A DNA stretch of 64,000 bases, from contig JAISLD010000007.1 in the NCBI GenBank assembly GCA_031260665.1, forward strand, positions 30,654 to 94,653. The letters are read 5' to 3'. The position numbers were made by a program, and so were the translations under genes. This stretch comes from Oscillospiraceae bacterium (GTDB lineage Bacteria; Bacillota; Clostridia; Oscillospirales; Ruminococcaceae). Positions within the stretch are counted from its first letter, which is position 1. Each line of letters starts with the position of its first letter. This document shows positions 27,949 through 38,094 of this stretch, in pieces. The notes beneath the pieces were generated by a model that was not told the origin of the DNA, searched no databases, and saw only the letters and a program-made list of their open reading frames with translations.

Positions 27949-29307
27949 ATGTTAAACACACACGATATATTAGAAACAATCAAGATGATTTCCGAGGAGA
28001 ACCTCGACATTCGCACCGTCACAATGGGGATATCCCTGCTTGACTGTGCGGGCGACGACGTGTCCTCGGTCTGCGGGAAAATCCACGCCAAAATATCACG
28101 AAGCGCCGAGCATCTTGTGTCTGCTTCAGCTGAGATAGAAAAGCGATACGGTATCCCGATAATCAACAAGCGAATAAGCGTCACGCCGATTTCGCTTCTC
28201 ACCGCCGGTCTGACGAAGAAAGACCCGATTCTTCTTGCCGAAACCCTCGACCGTGCCGCCGCTGACACAGGCGTCAACTTTATCGGCGGATACTCGGCTT
28301 TAGTTCACAAAGGCTACGCCGCAGGTGATAAAGAGCTGATTGACTCGATTCCCGAGGCACTTGCGAGAACAAAGCGCGTCTGCTCGTCCGTCAACATCGG
28401 CTCAACACGCGCAGGTATCAACCTCGACGCGGCTTATCACGCGGCAAAGGTCATAAAACAGGCGGCAATACTTACGAAAGACGACAGCTTCTTCGGCGCG
28501 GCAAAAATCGTGGTGTTCTGCAACGCGGTCGAGGACAACCCGTTTATGGCAGGTGCGTTTCATGGAATCGGCGAACCCGACACCGTTATCAACGTCGGTG
28601 TCAGCGGACCCGGCGCGGTGCGCGCCGCCGTTGCAAAGCACCCCGACGCCACTATCAATGAACTCGCTGAAGTTATCAAAAAGACAGCGTTCAAGGTCAC
28701 ACGAATGGGGCAGTTAGTCGGCGGCGAAGTCAGCCGTTCACTCGGCGTGCAGTTCGGCATTGTCGATTTGTCGCTTGCTCCCACACCGGCGGTCGGCGAC
28801 AGCGTGGCGCGAATTTTAGAAACAATGGGGCTGTCTGTCTGTGGTTGCTATGGCACCACTGCCGCTCTCGCTTTGCTGAACGACGCGGTGAAGAAAGGCG
28901 GCGTTATGGCGGCACAAAACGTCGGCGGCTTGTCGGGGGCGTTTATCCCCGTGTCAGAGGACGAGGGAATGATTGCCGCTGTTCGTCAAGGTTGCCTTAC
29001 TCTCGAGAAGCTCGAGGCAATGACTGCGGTTTGCTCGGTCGGGCTTGATATGGTCGCGGTCCCCGGCGACACAAGCGACGAAGTTATCGCCGCTATGCTT
29101 GCCGACGAAGCCGCTATCGGAATGATAAACAACAAAACCACGGCTGTCCGCGTTATCCCCGCTATCGGAATGAAAGCGGGCGATGAGATAAACTTCGGCG
29201 GCTTGTTCGGCAGTGCGCCTATTATGAACATCAACACGTTCTCACCCGAGAAGTTTATCCAAAGAGGCGGTCGTATACCTGCGCCCCTGCAAAGTCTACG
29301 AAACTGA
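27949..29307 (+). CDS. UPF0210 (DUF711, PFL-like) family protein
   Basis: N-terminus [27 protein letters not shown]. 452 aa, paired with the ACT/UPF0237 gene. Confidence 0.85.
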   Translation: MLNTHDILETIKMISEENLDIRTVTMGISLLDCAGDDVSSVCGKIHAKISRSAEHLVSASAEIEKRYGIPIINKRISVTPISLLTAGLTKKDPILLAETLDRAAADTGVNFIGGYSALVHKGYAAGDKELIDSIPEALARTKRVCSSVNIGSTRAGINLDAAYHAAKVIKQAAILTKDDSFFGAAKIVVFCNAVEDNPFMAGAFHGIGEPDTVINVGVSGPGAVRAAVAKHPDATINELAEVIKKTAFKVTRMGQLVGGEVSRSLGVQFGIVDLSLAPTPAVGDSVARILETMGLSVCGCYGTTAALALLNDAVKKGGVMAAQNVGGLSGAFIPVSEDEGMIAAVRQGCLTLEKLEAMTAVCSVGLDMVAVPGDTSDEVIAAMLADEAAIGMINNKTTAVRVIPAIGMKAGDEINFGGLFGSAPIMNINTFSPEKFIQRGGRIPAPLQSLRN

Positions 29308-29336
29308 TACTATACTAACTAAAAGCTAACATTATT

Positions 29337-30638
29337 ATGGAAAAGAACTACCTGCTTAGCGTAACCCTCGACTCGGAGAACTGCACGGGTTGCACCAACT
29401 GCCTAAAGCGATGTCCGACTGAAGCCATTCGTGTGCGTGGCGGCAAAGCGAAAATCAAAAAGATGTACTGCATTGATTGCGGCGAGTGCATACGCATTTG
29501 TCCTCACCACGCAAAACGCGCCGCTTACGACTCGCTTGACACTCTTGCCGACTTTGAATACAAAATCGCTCTCCCTCCGCCGTCGTTATACGCGCAGTTC
29601 AACAACCTTGACGACAAAAGCCTTGTCCTTGACGCGCTTATTCAGTTTGGTTTTGACGAAGTGTTTGAGGTTGCGGCGGCGGCTGAGATTATCTCGGCGG
29701 CGACACGGCAAGAGCTTCGACGCGAAGGTGTGCGACTGCCTCTCATCTCGTCCGCTTGCCCGTCCACGGTGCGGCTTATCCGCGTAAGATTCCCAAATTT
29801 AATAGACAACATCTCGCGGCTTGCCGCCCCGATTGACTTGGCGGCCGACTTGGCGGTGAAAGCCGCAATCACAAAGACGGGGCTTCCCCGCGAGAAAATC
29901 GGCGTGTTCTTCATCACGCCCTGCCCCGCAAAGGTCACGTCGGTCTACTCGCCGCTTGGGATAGGCAAATCAAACGTCGACCGAGTTATTGCGGTCAGCG
30001 ACATCTACCCGAAACTTCTTTCAGCAATGAAGAAAGTTTACGAGAAGTATGACGACGACGACTTCTCTCACACCAACACCATCGCGGGGAAAATCGGCGT
30101 AAGTTGGGGGAACCGCGGCGGTGAAGCGGCGGGGCTGATTATCGACCGCTATCTCGCGGCTGACGGCATTGAAAACGTAATCCGCGTGCTTAACGACCTT
30201 GAGGACAACAAGATTCACAATGTCGATTTCATTGAGCTGAACGCCTGTGCGGGCGGCTGTGTCGGCGGCGTGCTGACCGTTGAAAACCCTTTCATCGCGA
30301 ACGTGAAGCTGAACAAGCTCCGCAAATATCTCCCCGTGTCGGGCACTCACACCGAGGACGGATTCCCCGAGAGTATTCGGCTGACCAAACCGATTGAATA
30401 CCTGCCGCTGTTTGAATACGGCGGAAGCGTCGCCGAATCTATCGCTATGATGCAAAAGATTGACGCACAGTTTGCACGACTGCCCGGGCTTGACTGCGGT
30501 TGTTGCGGCGCACCCTCGTGCCGTGCCCACGCCGAAGATATAATAAAAGGCAAAACCACCGAGAACGAGTGTATCCACCTGCTGAAGAAGAACCTTCAGG
30601 CACTCGCGGGAGTTTCAACAGGAATATCCGGAGATTAA
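29337..30638 (+). CDS. [FeFe]-hydrogenase-like protein (2x4Fe-4S ferredoxin domain, hydrogenase large-subunit-like domain, C-terminal Cys-rich Fe-S domain)
   Basis: CxxCxxCxxxCP occurs twice near the N-terminus. H-cluster-like blocks SSACPSTV, ITPCPAKV and ELNACAGGCVGG. C-terminal LDCGCCGAPSCRAHAE. Confidence 0.7.
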   Translation: MEKNYLLSVTLDSENCTGCTNCLKRCPTEAIRVRGGKAKIKKMYCIDCGECIRICPHHAKRAAYDSLDTLADFEYKIALPPPSLYAQFNNLDDKSLVLDALIQFGFDEVFEVAAAAEIISAATRQELRREGVRLPLISSACPSTVRLIRVRFPNLIDNISRLAAPIDLAADLAVKAAITKTGLPREKIGVFFITPCPAKVTSVYSPLGIGKSNVDRVIAVSDIYPKLLSAMKKVYEKYDDDDFSHTNTIAGKIGVSWGNRGGEAAGLIIDRYLAADGIENVIRVLNDLEDNKIHNVDFIELNACAGGCVGGVLTVENPFIANVKLNKLRKYLPVSGTHTEDGFPESIRLTKPIEYLPLFEYGGSVAESIAMMQKIDAQFARLPGLDCGCCGAPSCRAHAEDIIKGKTTENECIHLLKKNLQALAGVSTGISGD

Positions 30639-30639
30639 A

Positions 30640-30975
30640 ATGACAGTAAAAGAGCTACTTGAACGTACCGACAAGTTCGTCATAGAAGTAGGCGGCGACT
30701 TCACGAGAGAGATTAGCCGCGTCTATGTCTGCGATTTGCTCAGCTTCGCTATGGGCAAAGCACCGGCAGACGGCGCGTGGGTCACGGTTATGGGCAACGT
30801 CAACGCTGTGGCTGTCGCTTCACTGACCGACACCGCGGTAATTGTTCTCGCTGAAAACGTCCATATCGACAACATCGGGCGAGTGAAAGCCGAGATGGGC
30901 AACATCAATGTGCTTCGGACAGAGCTTGGCGCGTTTGAGGCGTCGCTTCTGATTCATACGCTCATCACATCATAA
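30640..30975 (+). CDS. DRTGG domain protein
   Basis: 111 aa with CDLLSFAMG...VTVMGNVNAVAVA. It starts 2 nt after the hydrogenase-like gene, a recurrent pairing in Firmicutes. Confidence 0.65.
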   Translation: MTVKELLERTDKFVIEVGGDFTREISRVYVCDLLSFAMGKAPADGAWVTVMGNVNAVAVASLTDTAVIVLAENVHIDNIGRVKAEMGNINVLRTELGAFEASLLIHTLITS

Positions 30976-30976
30976 A

Positions 30977-32518
30977 ATGTACAAAAAAGTAAACAGTGTT
31001 GGGCTATACGGCTTGAACGCCTTTCCCGTGGCGGCTGAAATCGACGCGGCGAAGGGCGTTCCGTCTTTTGAGATAAGCGGCTTGGGCGACCAATCCGTGC
31101 AGGAGAGCCGCACCCGAATCAAAACAGCTTTGCAAAACTGCGGCGTTCTGCTGAAGGGACAGCGCATTGTCGTCAACCTTGCGCCCGCTTCAATCAAGAA
31201 AACAGGCTCGGTGTTCGACCTTGCCGTGCTTGTCGCCGTCCTTTCGGTGTCGGGTCTTGTCAAAACCGATATCGACAACGCCGCGTTCTTCGGCGAAGTA
31301 TCGCTCGGCGGCGACATCGCGCCGGTCAGTGGTGCGCTTACTATGGCAATCGCGGCGGCAAAAAACGGCGTTGACGAGATATTTCTGCCGATACAAAACG
31401 CCAAAGAAGCAAGCGTGGTTGACGGCGTGGCGGTCTACGGCGTGAAAGACGTGAACAGCCTCATTCTCCACCTGTCAGGCGGTCGAAGAATCACGGCTGA
31501 ACCGCGTTACGTTCCCACCGTGAGCGAGCTGCTGACGGAACTTGACTTTCGCGACGTAAAGGGGCAAAAGACCGCGAAAGAAGCGCTTGAAACAGCGGCG
31601 GCAGGGTTTCACAACATATTGCTGATAGGAACGCCCGGTACAGGCAAGAGTATGCTGGCGAAGCGATTGCCGACGATTTTGCCCGCGATGTTGTTCGACG
31701 AAAGCCTTGAAACCACGCAGATTCACTCAGTCGCGGGGATACTGAGCGGTGAAAACCCGCTTGTCACCACGCGGCCGTTTCGCCCGATTATCCACACGGC
31801 GTCAGCGGCAGGGCTTGTGGGTGGCGGCAGTGTGCCGAAACCCGGTGAGATATCCCTCGCGCACAACGGCGTGCTGTTCTTGGACGAACTCCCCGAATTT
31901 GAACGCCGCACCCTCGAAACGCTTCGTCAGCCACTTGAGGACGGTGAAGTGAACATATCGCGTGCGGGAGGAAAAGCAACCTATCCTTGCTCGGTTATGC
32001 TGGTCGCGGCAATGAACCCGTGTCCTTGCGGCAACTTCGGCCACCCAACCAAAGCCTGCACTTGTTCAAACAAAGCGGCGGCGGCGTATCTCGGGCGGAT
32101 AAGCCAGCCTGTTCTCGACAGGATAGACATACAGGTGGAAGTGGCGCACGTTCCCTATGAGGATATCTCCTCACGCGGAGGCGACGGCGACTTGTCAAAG
32201 CAAATAAGAGAGCGAGTGGAGCGTGCGCGTGAGATTCAACGCGAGAGATTCAAAGGGACTGATATCCGCGTAAACGCCCGTATTCCAGCGGGGAAAATCC
32301 ACGAATACTGTGTGGTTGAGCCAAAGGCAGGCGAACTGCTGAAGTCGGCGTTTGACAAACTCGGCTTGTCGGCACGTGCGTACGACAAAATCTTGAAAGT
32401 CGCCCTCACTGCCGCCGACCTCTCGGGGAAAAGCACAATCGGTACGGCACAGATATCGCGCGCCATTATGTATCGCAGTCTTGACAAGAAATACTGGTGT
32501 CCGAGCCGGACCGGCTAA
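30977..32518 (+). CDS. comM: Mg-chelatase-like AAA+ protein YifB/ComM
   Basis: N-terminal Lon-protease-like domain, Walker A GTPGTGKSM, Walker B VLFLDELPEF, and the C-terminal ChlI-type region. Confidence 0.9.
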   Translation: MYKKVNSVGLYGLNAFPVAAEIDAAKGVPSFEISGLGDQSVQESRTRIKTALQNCGVLLKGQRIVVNLAPASIKKTGSVFDLAVLVAVLSVSGLVKTDIDNAAFFGEVSLGGDIAPVSGALTMAIAAAKNGVDEIFLPIQNAKEASVVDGVAVYGVKDVNSLILHLSGGRRITAEPRYVPTVSELLTELDFRDVKGQKTAKEALETAAAGFHNILLIGTPGTGKSMLAKRLPTILPAMLFDESLETTQIHSVAGILSGENPLVTTRPFRPIIHTASAAGLVGGGSVPKPGEISLAHNGVLFLDELPEFERRTLETLRQPLEDGEVNISRAGGKATYPCSVMLVAAMNPCPCGNFGHPTKACTCSNKAAAAYLGRISQPVLDRIDIQVEVAHVPYEDISSRGGDGDLSKQIRERVERAREIQRERFKGTDIRVNARIPAGKIHEYCVVEPKAGELLKSAFDKLGLSARAYDKILKVALTAADLSGKSTIGTAQISRAIMYRSLDKKYWCPSRTG

Positions 32519-32656
32519 TAAGCTGATAGATTAAGTTGTTTGTTTAGCAATGTCAGCAATCGAAATTCATATGCCGTGCGACACCTTATTTGTTACGCTT
32601 GTGTGCGGATTAACTTGGCGGCGGAGGTTAAACTGAAAGGTTAACCGGTTAAAGAG
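32499..32656 (+). repeat. module 1 plus partial module 2 composite; module 1 overlaps the last 6 codons of comM
   Basis: GTCCG-AGC-CGGAC followed by CGGCTAATAAGCTGA; the comM stop TAA (32516-32518) lies inside the motif. Then GTTACGCTTGTGTGCGGATTAACTTGGCGGCGGAGGTTAAACTGAAAGGTTAACCGG. Confidence 0.85.
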
Positions 32657-32687
32657 TATAGCAAACATTGATGTAACAAAAACAAAA

Positions 32688-32714
32688 ACTCTCCCATATC
32701 GGGAGAGTTTTTTC
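32688..32714. terminator. bidirectional intrinsic terminator (comM + / 3D-domain gene -)
   Basis: Stem ACTCTCCC/GGGAGAGT with loop ATATC, between an A-run and TTTTTTC. Confidence 0.8.
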
Positions 32715-32719
32715 TTAAG

Positions 32720-34165
32720 TCAATGATTCTGATTGATGACGTAGATATCGACGTACTTCATTCCGAAGTTGCACGCCGCGTCATACCCGACGTCGTGCGT
32801 CCCCATATACAAATCGGCGACGCAATCGGTGAGATAACCCGTGTCAGCTGCGACAGCCGCGCCATAGACATAGCTACCGTCTTGCGACACGATGTAGACA
32901 AGCGTGCCATACGGGATAACCTTCGGGTCAACGGCAATCGTGCCGATTTGCAGCTTGCGCCCACTCGCTGTGCTTGAGCCGTAGTTGCCTGTATAGGCGT
33001 ACGCTTTGCCCGATATCACCTTGGTGTAGTTCTTCGGCAAGCCGTTCTCAAGCTCAATCTCGTCAAACTGACGTTTGCTGTAGGGAGTTTTCAGTGCCGT
33101 GCCGACTGTCAAGACCTCGGTCACAGGTTCGTTGAGGATTTCTTCGCTGATGGTTTCAATCTGCTGCACTTCCCCGTTGATAACCGTTTCGCGGGTTACG
33201 GCCTTGCGTGACCCGTTCACACCGACTGTCGTGACTTCGCTGAACCAAAGCGAATGAAGCGTTGACGCTATCAGCTCTGATTCGTGCTCAATCGGTTCGA
33301 TAATCTCGCGTTCAACATAACTGATACGCTGAACGATTATCTCGGTGAACGGTGTCAGCTTGGTGTTCAGCGGCGGCGACACCACGTCGTCATAATCAGG
33401 AAGAACACCCGACGACTTGAGCGCGTCCCATACCGTGCCGCCTGTCAGTTCGGCGGACAAAAGTTTGCCGCCGAAGTTTATCGGTACGGTGTACGGGTGT
33501 TCAAGGATAACTTCCTCGCCGTTTGTCACAAGCGAGTCGGCGGGGACCGATATAAAGTCAAGCTCCCCGTGAACAATGTTCTCTCTGTCGAGAACATCGG
33601 CGATAGTGTCGCCCGGCTTCGCCTCAAACTGCTGCTTCTTGCCGTCTATCGACACCGTGACTGTCACGGCTTTCTTTACGGTAAGATAAACGGTTTCGCC
33701 TTGCCAACCCGTGAAGTGATAGTCGTCGAGTTCACCGAGTTCCACGCCCGCAGTATCAAGCAACTGTTCGGGTGCGACAGGCGCGGCGGTTACCACCGCG
33801 AGGTGTTCGCCTTGTTCATCTCTGATTACGACTTCGCTTCTCTCACTCGGCGGCGCATACAACGCGGAGGTCGCGCCCATTGCCGCTATCGAGATGACAA
33901 GAGCGGCGAACAGCGACCCGAAACGTCTTTTCGGCAGCCAGTTTTTATACGAATGTATGTCCTCGGCGAGATGTTTGAGCGCAAAAGCGCAGACGTTCGC
34001 GTTGAACAGCGATACATTCGCTACGATTTCGGATATTTTGAGTACGGCTTTCAGCAGTGGCACAAGCACGCCTCTCGCCGCTGTGTCGCCGAAACTCTCG
34101 GCTTCGCTTGACGTGTCAGTCAAGCGGGGGGTGTCGTCTTGACGTACGATTGTTTTTCGTAACAA
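32720..34165 (-). CDS. YabE/RpfB-like cell-wall protein (membrane anchor, DUF348-type repeats, G5, C-terminal 3D domain)
   Basis: C-terminus GKAYAYTGNYGSSTASGRKLQIGTIAVDPKVIPYGTLVYI...AADTG is a 3D-domain signature. Repeated ~45-aa beta modules and a TM anchor LFAALVISIAAMGATSALYA. TTG start with SD GAGGA. Confidence 0.72.
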   Translation of the reverse strand: MLRKTIVRQDDTPRLTDTSSEAESFGDTAARGVLVPLLKAVLKISEIVANVSLFNANVCAFALKHLAEDIHSYKNWLPKRRFGSLFAALVISIAAMGATSALYAPPSERSEVVIRDEQGEHLAVVTAAPVAPEQLLDTAGVELGELDDYHFTGWQGETVYLTVKKAVTVTVSIDGKKQQFEAKPGDTIADVLDRENIVHGELDFISVPADSLVTNGEEVILEHPYTVPINFGGKLLSAELTGGTVWDALKSSGVLPDYDDVVSPPLNTKLTPFTEIIVQRISYVEREIIEPIEHESELIASTLHSLWFSEVTTVGVNGSRKAVTRETVINGEVQQIETISEEILNEPVTEVLTVGTALKTPYSKRQFDEIELENGLPKNYTKVISGKAYAYTGNYGSSTASGRKLQIGTIAVDPKVIPYGTLVYIVSQDGSYVYGAAVAADTGYLTDCVADLYMGTHDVGYDAACNFGMKYVDIYVINQNH

Positions 34166-34235
34166 AATTATCCTCGCGGTAAGTCGATGTAGGCAGTTTA
34201 GCCTAACGCAACAGCCTTTTCAGGCGATTTCCTCA

Positions 34236-34264
34236 AGTATAACCGCTTCTCCCGTATTTGTCAA
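34236..34264 (-). promoter_or_regulatory. sigma-A type promoter, TTGACA-17-TATACT, for the 3D-domain gene
   Basis: On the minus strand, TTGACA is at 34264-34259 and TATACT at 34241-34236. Confidence 0.6.
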
Positions 34265-34407
34265 CCAAAAATGTATGTTGAAAGTTGTGCAAGTTGCACA
34301 ACACATCTAAACATATTCACCAACAAATTACACGATAAAACGGGCATTTTGGAAGCGTTGTCGGCTTTTTTGTCGAATTGTTTGGGAGTTGTCACAAAGT
34401 TGCAACC

Positions 34408-35646
34408 TTACACTTGGTTCAGATAAGCGACCTGTTCAGGCGACAACGTATCTATCTTGATTCCCCAGTTGACGAGTTGGCGCTTCGCCACGTCTTGGTC
34501 AACCTCTTTCGGCACGTTGATGATGTTCTTGCCGAGTTTGCCTTGATTCTTCACGAGATATTCAGCGGAGAGCGCCTGTATCGCAAACGACATATCCATT
34601 ATTTCAGCCGGGTGTCCGTCGCCTGCCGCAAGGTTCACCAGCCTGCCGTCGGCAATTACATAGACACGTTTGCCGTTTGGCAAGAGATAGCCGTCTATCT
34701 TGTCGCGGGCAACCCACGTTTCTTTCGCCAACTTCTTCAGCTTCGCGACCGCGACTTCTACGTCGAAATGACCCGCGTTGCACATTATCGCGCCGTTTTT
34801 CATGTTGAGGAACGAATCCTCGGTGATAACATCGGCGCACCCCGTGACCGTGACAAAAAAGTCGCCTGTTTTCGCCGCTTCAACCATTGGCATAACCTTG
34901 AAGCCGTCCATCACGGCTTCCATTGCCTTGATTGGGTCAACTTCCGTGACGATAACGCTTGCACCAAGCCCTTTCGCCCGCATTGCCACGCCTTTGCCGC
35001 ACCAGCCGTAACCGGCGACCACAACGTCTTTTCCCGCGACAATGAGGTTGGTAGTACGGTTTATCCCGTCCCAAACCGATTGCCCCGTGCCGTACCTGTT
35101 GTCGAACAAGTGCTTGCAGTCGGCATCGTTCACCAGTGCCATAGGAAACTTCAGCTTTCCTGCCTTGTCCATTGCGATAAGCCGAATGATTCCCGTCGTT
35201 GTTTCTTCACAACCACCGATTACGTTTGCGATAAGTTCCGGATATTCGTTGTGAATGAGGTTCACCACATCGCCGCCATCGTCTATGATGACGTTTGGCC
35301 CTATCTTGACCGCTTCTCTCAAGTGTTCGTTGTACTCGTCCTCGGTTGCTCCGTGCCACGCAAAGACATTCAGCCCACCTTTGACGAGAGCCGCGGCAAT
35401 GTCGTCTTGTGTTGACAGCGGATTGCTTCCTGTGATATACATATCCGCCCCGCCTGCGGCAAGCACGCGGCAGAGAAACGCGGTCTTTGCCTCTAAGTGA
35501 ACCGACAGCGTGACTTTCAGCCCCTTGAACGGCTGCGTCTTTTCAAAATCGCTGCGTATGCCGCAAAGGAGGGGGCAATGCGCCTCAACCCACTTGATTT
35601 TCTGTTCGCCGTGGTCGGCAAGTGCTATATCCCGTATAATGCTCAT
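34408..35646 (-). CDS. ahcY: adenosylhomocysteinase
   Basis: NAD site VAGYGWCGKGVA, plus IIDDGGD and GHFDVE motifs. 412 aa. Confidence 0.95.
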   Translation of the reverse strand: MSIIRDIALADHGEQKIKWVEAHCPLLCGIRSDFEKTQPFKGLKVTLSVHLEAKTAFLCRVLAAGGADMYITGSNPLSTQDDIAAALVKGGLNVFAWHGATEDEYNEHLREAVKIGPNVIIDDGGDVVNLIHNEYPELIANVIGGCEETTTGIIRLIAMDKAGKLKFPMALVNDADCKHLFDNRYGTGQSVWDGINRTTNLIVAGKDVVVAGYGWCGKGVAMRAKGLGASVIVTEVDPIKAMEAVMDGFKVMPMVEAAKTGDFFVTVTGCADVITEDSFLNMKNGAIMCNAGHFDVEVAVAKLKKLAKETWVARDKIDGYLLPNGKRVYVIADGRLVNLAAGDGHPAEIMDMSFAIQALSAEYLVKNQGKLGKNIINVPKEVDQDVAKRQLVNWGIKIDTLSPEQVAYLNQV

Positions 35647-35673
35647 ATTTGTTTCTCCTCTTGTTGTTTTGTT

Positions 35674-36966
35674 TTACAGTTTCGCTTTGATTCTGGTCGC
35701 CGCTTCTTCCGCTTTCGCCTTGACTTCCTCTTCGTCCACTTTGGTCAGCTTGCCGCCCTCAAGCACGACCTCACCGCCGACAATTACGGTTTCAACCTCC
35801 GTGCCTGTTGCGCTGTAGCATAACGCGCTGATTAGGTTGTTGCTGTTTGGGATAAGGTTTGTGCGGTTCAAGTCAAGAATCGTGATGTCGGCCTTTCTTC
35901 CCGGTTCAAGAAGCCCCGAGTTCAGCCCAAGTGCCCTCGCTCCGTTCTCTGTCGCCATCTTGAATACGTCGAGCGCCGACAAAGCGAGCGGGTCAAGCGT
36001 TGCGCCTTTATGGAGCAGTGCCGCAAAGTTCATCTCGCTGAACATATTGAGCTGATTGTTTGACGCGGCTCCGTCGGTACCAAGGCAGACGTTAAGCCCT
36101 GCCGCCACGAGTTTCGGCACGGGAGCGATACCGCTTGCAAGTTTCAGGTTGCTTTTGGGATTGTGCGCAATATTGACGCCTTTGTCTGAAAGAATCGCGA
36201 TGTCCTCGTCACTGAGGTGAACGCAATGCGCCGCGATACAGCTGCGGTCAAACAAACCTGTTTCAGCGATATACTCGACAGGCGACTTGCCGTTGTCACG
36301 CTTGCAGTTCTCCACTTCGGCGACTGTTTCGCTGACGTGGATATGAACAGAGAGCGAAAGTTCCTCGGCTACTTCGGCACAGTATTCAAGATAGTCGCGA
36401 CCCGTGGTGTAAACCGCGTGCGGACCTATCGCGAAAGTGATTTTGTTGTTGTGCTTGAACTGCGACAGACAATCACGGACCACGTTTAAGCGTTTGATAC
36501 CCGCTTCATCGTTTCGGTCTTTGCCGACAAGCCCGCGGCTGAACACGCCGCGTATGCCGATGTCGGCGGCGGCACGGCAAGACGGTTCGCCGAAGATATC
36601 CATATCAAGAAACGCGCCTGTCCCCGTCTTAAGCATTTCAGCGTAACCGAGCAACGCCCCCCAGTAACCATCGTCAGGTGTGGTAGCGTCCTCGAGAGGG
36701 AACATATTGTTGAACAGCCACTCTTGAAGCGTCACATCATCGGCGTAACCGCGATAGAGCGACATATATCCGTGGGTGTGAGCGTTGACAAGGGCGGGGA
36801 TAGCGAGTTTGCCTGTACCGTCGATTACTTTGTCCGCCTTGAACTCGTCGGGTTCTTCGCCCATACCCGCGATTATGCCGTCTTTGATGTAGATGTCCGT
36901 GACTTCAACGTCTGTCATCTCCTCAAGGGGGACGACAGCGGTTACGTTTTTAACAAGAATATCCAT
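35674..36966 (-). CDS. mtaD: amidohydrolase, 5-methylthioadenosine/S-adenosylhomocysteine deaminase type
   Basis: Metal ligands NAHTH, HVSET, HCVH and GTDGAASNN. 430 aa, upstream of ahcY in the same operon. Confidence 0.85.
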   Translation of the reverse strand: MDILVKNVTAVVPLEEMTDVEVTDIYIKDGIIAGMGEEPDEFKADKVIDGTGKLAIPALVNAHTHGYMSLYRGYADDVTLQEWLFNNMFPLEDATTPDDGYWGALLGYAEMLKTGTGAFLDMDIFGEPSCRAAADIGIRGVFSRGLVGKDRNDEAGIKRLNVVRDCLSQFKHNNKITFAIGPHAVYTTGRDYLEYCAEVAEELSLSVHIHVSETVAEVENCKRDNGKSPVEYIAETGLFDRSCIAAHCVHLSDEDIAILSDKGVNIAHNPKSNLKLASGIAPVPKLVAAGLNVCLGTDGAASNNQLNMFSEMNFAALLHKGATLDPLALSALDVFKMATENGARALGLNSGLLEPGRKADITILDLNRTNLIPNSNNLISALCYSATGTEVETVIVGGEVVLEGGKLTKVDEEEVKAKAEEAATRIKAKL

Positions 36967-37014
36967 AAAACTCCCTCATTGTTGATGTGTTTACCCGTCG
37001 TTATACCTATCTAT

Positions 37015-37043
37015 ATTATACCACGCAGATGTATGCCTGTCAA
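37015..37043 (-). promoter_or_regulatory. sigma-A promoter of mtaD-ahcY, perfect TTGACA-17-TATAAT with TGG
   Basis: On the minus strand, TTGACA is at 37043-37038 and TATAAT at 37020-37015. Confidence 0.7.
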
Positions 37044-37102
37044 TATCGCCGCTGCACCTCAAATGAACGTGTCGCCTTAGCTTATTGCGTGTTGCGCCGG
37101 AC

Positions 37103-37131
37103 TTGACTTAATGCGGGTGAGGTGATATAAT
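37103..37131 (+). promoter_or_regulatory. sigma-A type promoter, TTGACT-17-TATAAT, for the three-gene operon
   Basis: TTGACT at 37103-37108 and TATAAT at 37126-37131. SD AAGGTGA lies before the ATG at 37174. Confidence 0.65.
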
Positions 37132-37173
37132 AACGTATATTCTGCGTTTTCAGTCAAACCAAGGTGAAACTTT

Positions 37174-38091
37174 ATGGAAAAGAATCGTTTTTCACGAAAC
37201 AAATATTATGACGGCAAAGAATTGACTGCCGACTTGTTTGAGGGGATAGACAGCTATCACGGCGGTCGGTTGAAAATACTGCTGCGTGTGCTGTTCGGTC
37301 GCGCTGTTATGTGTGGCTGCAACATCAGCGAGCTTTATCCCGACGTCATTCAGGTCAGCGGAGGCGCGGCTGTTGACGGCAGCGGCAACCTCATATACAT
37401 ACCGAAGAACGAGCCGATTCCGCTGAAAGGTCTGCTGAAGAACGGACTGCCGCAGAACCGCGTGCTGAATGTTTGGCTGTCGTTCAACGAGCAAGAGGAC
37501 GACGACGTGACAGCGGAGAAGTACGCTTTCTCGTCGGACGAGCCGACAGGCGGCGTGCTTTTGGCGGCGGTTCGGCTGAACGAGAACGGCACGATTGCCG
37601 CGATTGAGAATCGACGTTTGGCGTTTGATTCGTTTTATCTTCGTGATATACGCCGCGCAATCAGCGCGGACATCGAGGACAAACTGGCGCAAACTCAAAA
37701 AGAGTTTGAAGAGAACAAGCGTCAACTGATAAACAGCATTGAAGCCGAAGCGGAAAACCTGCGCGATGTACCCGCAGTAAGAAGCGGCACGTTTACCATA
37801 AACGCGAGAACACGCTCAAAGAAGTTTTTGTCTGAGGAAATAAAGCTCGACTTAATTGGCAACCCGCAAATCAGCGTCGGTTTTGTCGGCGAATACTCGG
37901 GAAGCACCGAGGTGATTTACGGGGACACAGGTCTGTTCAAAAGAAAAGGCAGGCTTGAGATACAAAGCCAAGCAATCCGTGTTATCAAGCCAAACAATTC
38001 GTTTGTGTTTTGCGTTCAGTTCACCAAGGCGGTGAAAGGCAAGTCGTTTCAGTTTGAGTGGTCGGCAATCGGCGAAACAGAATCAGAGTAA
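37174..38091 (+). CDS. hypothetical protein whose N-terminus resembles baseplate-associated proteins of phage-tail-like clusters
   Basis: RNKYYDGKELTADLFEGIDSYHGGRLKILLRVLFGRAVMCGC fits the RNxYFxGxxLTAxDFxxEQxY...GxGVVCGL pattern. This is recognised from memory only. It has a central coiled coil and a beta-rich C-terminal half. No TM segment or signal peptide. Confidence 0.4.
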   Translation: MEKNRFSRNKYYDGKELTADLFEGIDSYHGGRLKILLRVLFGRAVMCGCNISELYPDVIQVSGGAAVDGSGNLIYIPKNEPIPLKGLLKNGLPQNRVLNVWLSFNEQEDDDVTAEKYAFSSDEPTGGVLLAAVRLNENGTIAAIENRRLAFDSFYLRDIRRAISADIEDKLAQTQKEFEENKRQLINSIEAEAENLRDVPAVRSGTFTINARTRSKKFLSEEIKLDLIGNPQISVGFVGEYSGSTEVIYGDTGLFKRKGRLEIQSQAIRVIKPNNSFVFCVQFTKAVKGKSFQFEWSAIGETESE

Positions 38092-38094
38092 CCA

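Noticed and set aside
34166-34300. c-di-AMP (ydaO-type) riboswitch upstream of the 3D-domain cell-wall gene, and an SAH riboswitch upstream of mtaD-ahcY (36967-37014).
   Set aside because: The leaders between the predicted promoters and the start codons are only ~70 nt and ~45 nt. That is too short, and they lack the conserved ACGGGG/CCCA-type (ydaO) or SAH-element core sequences.
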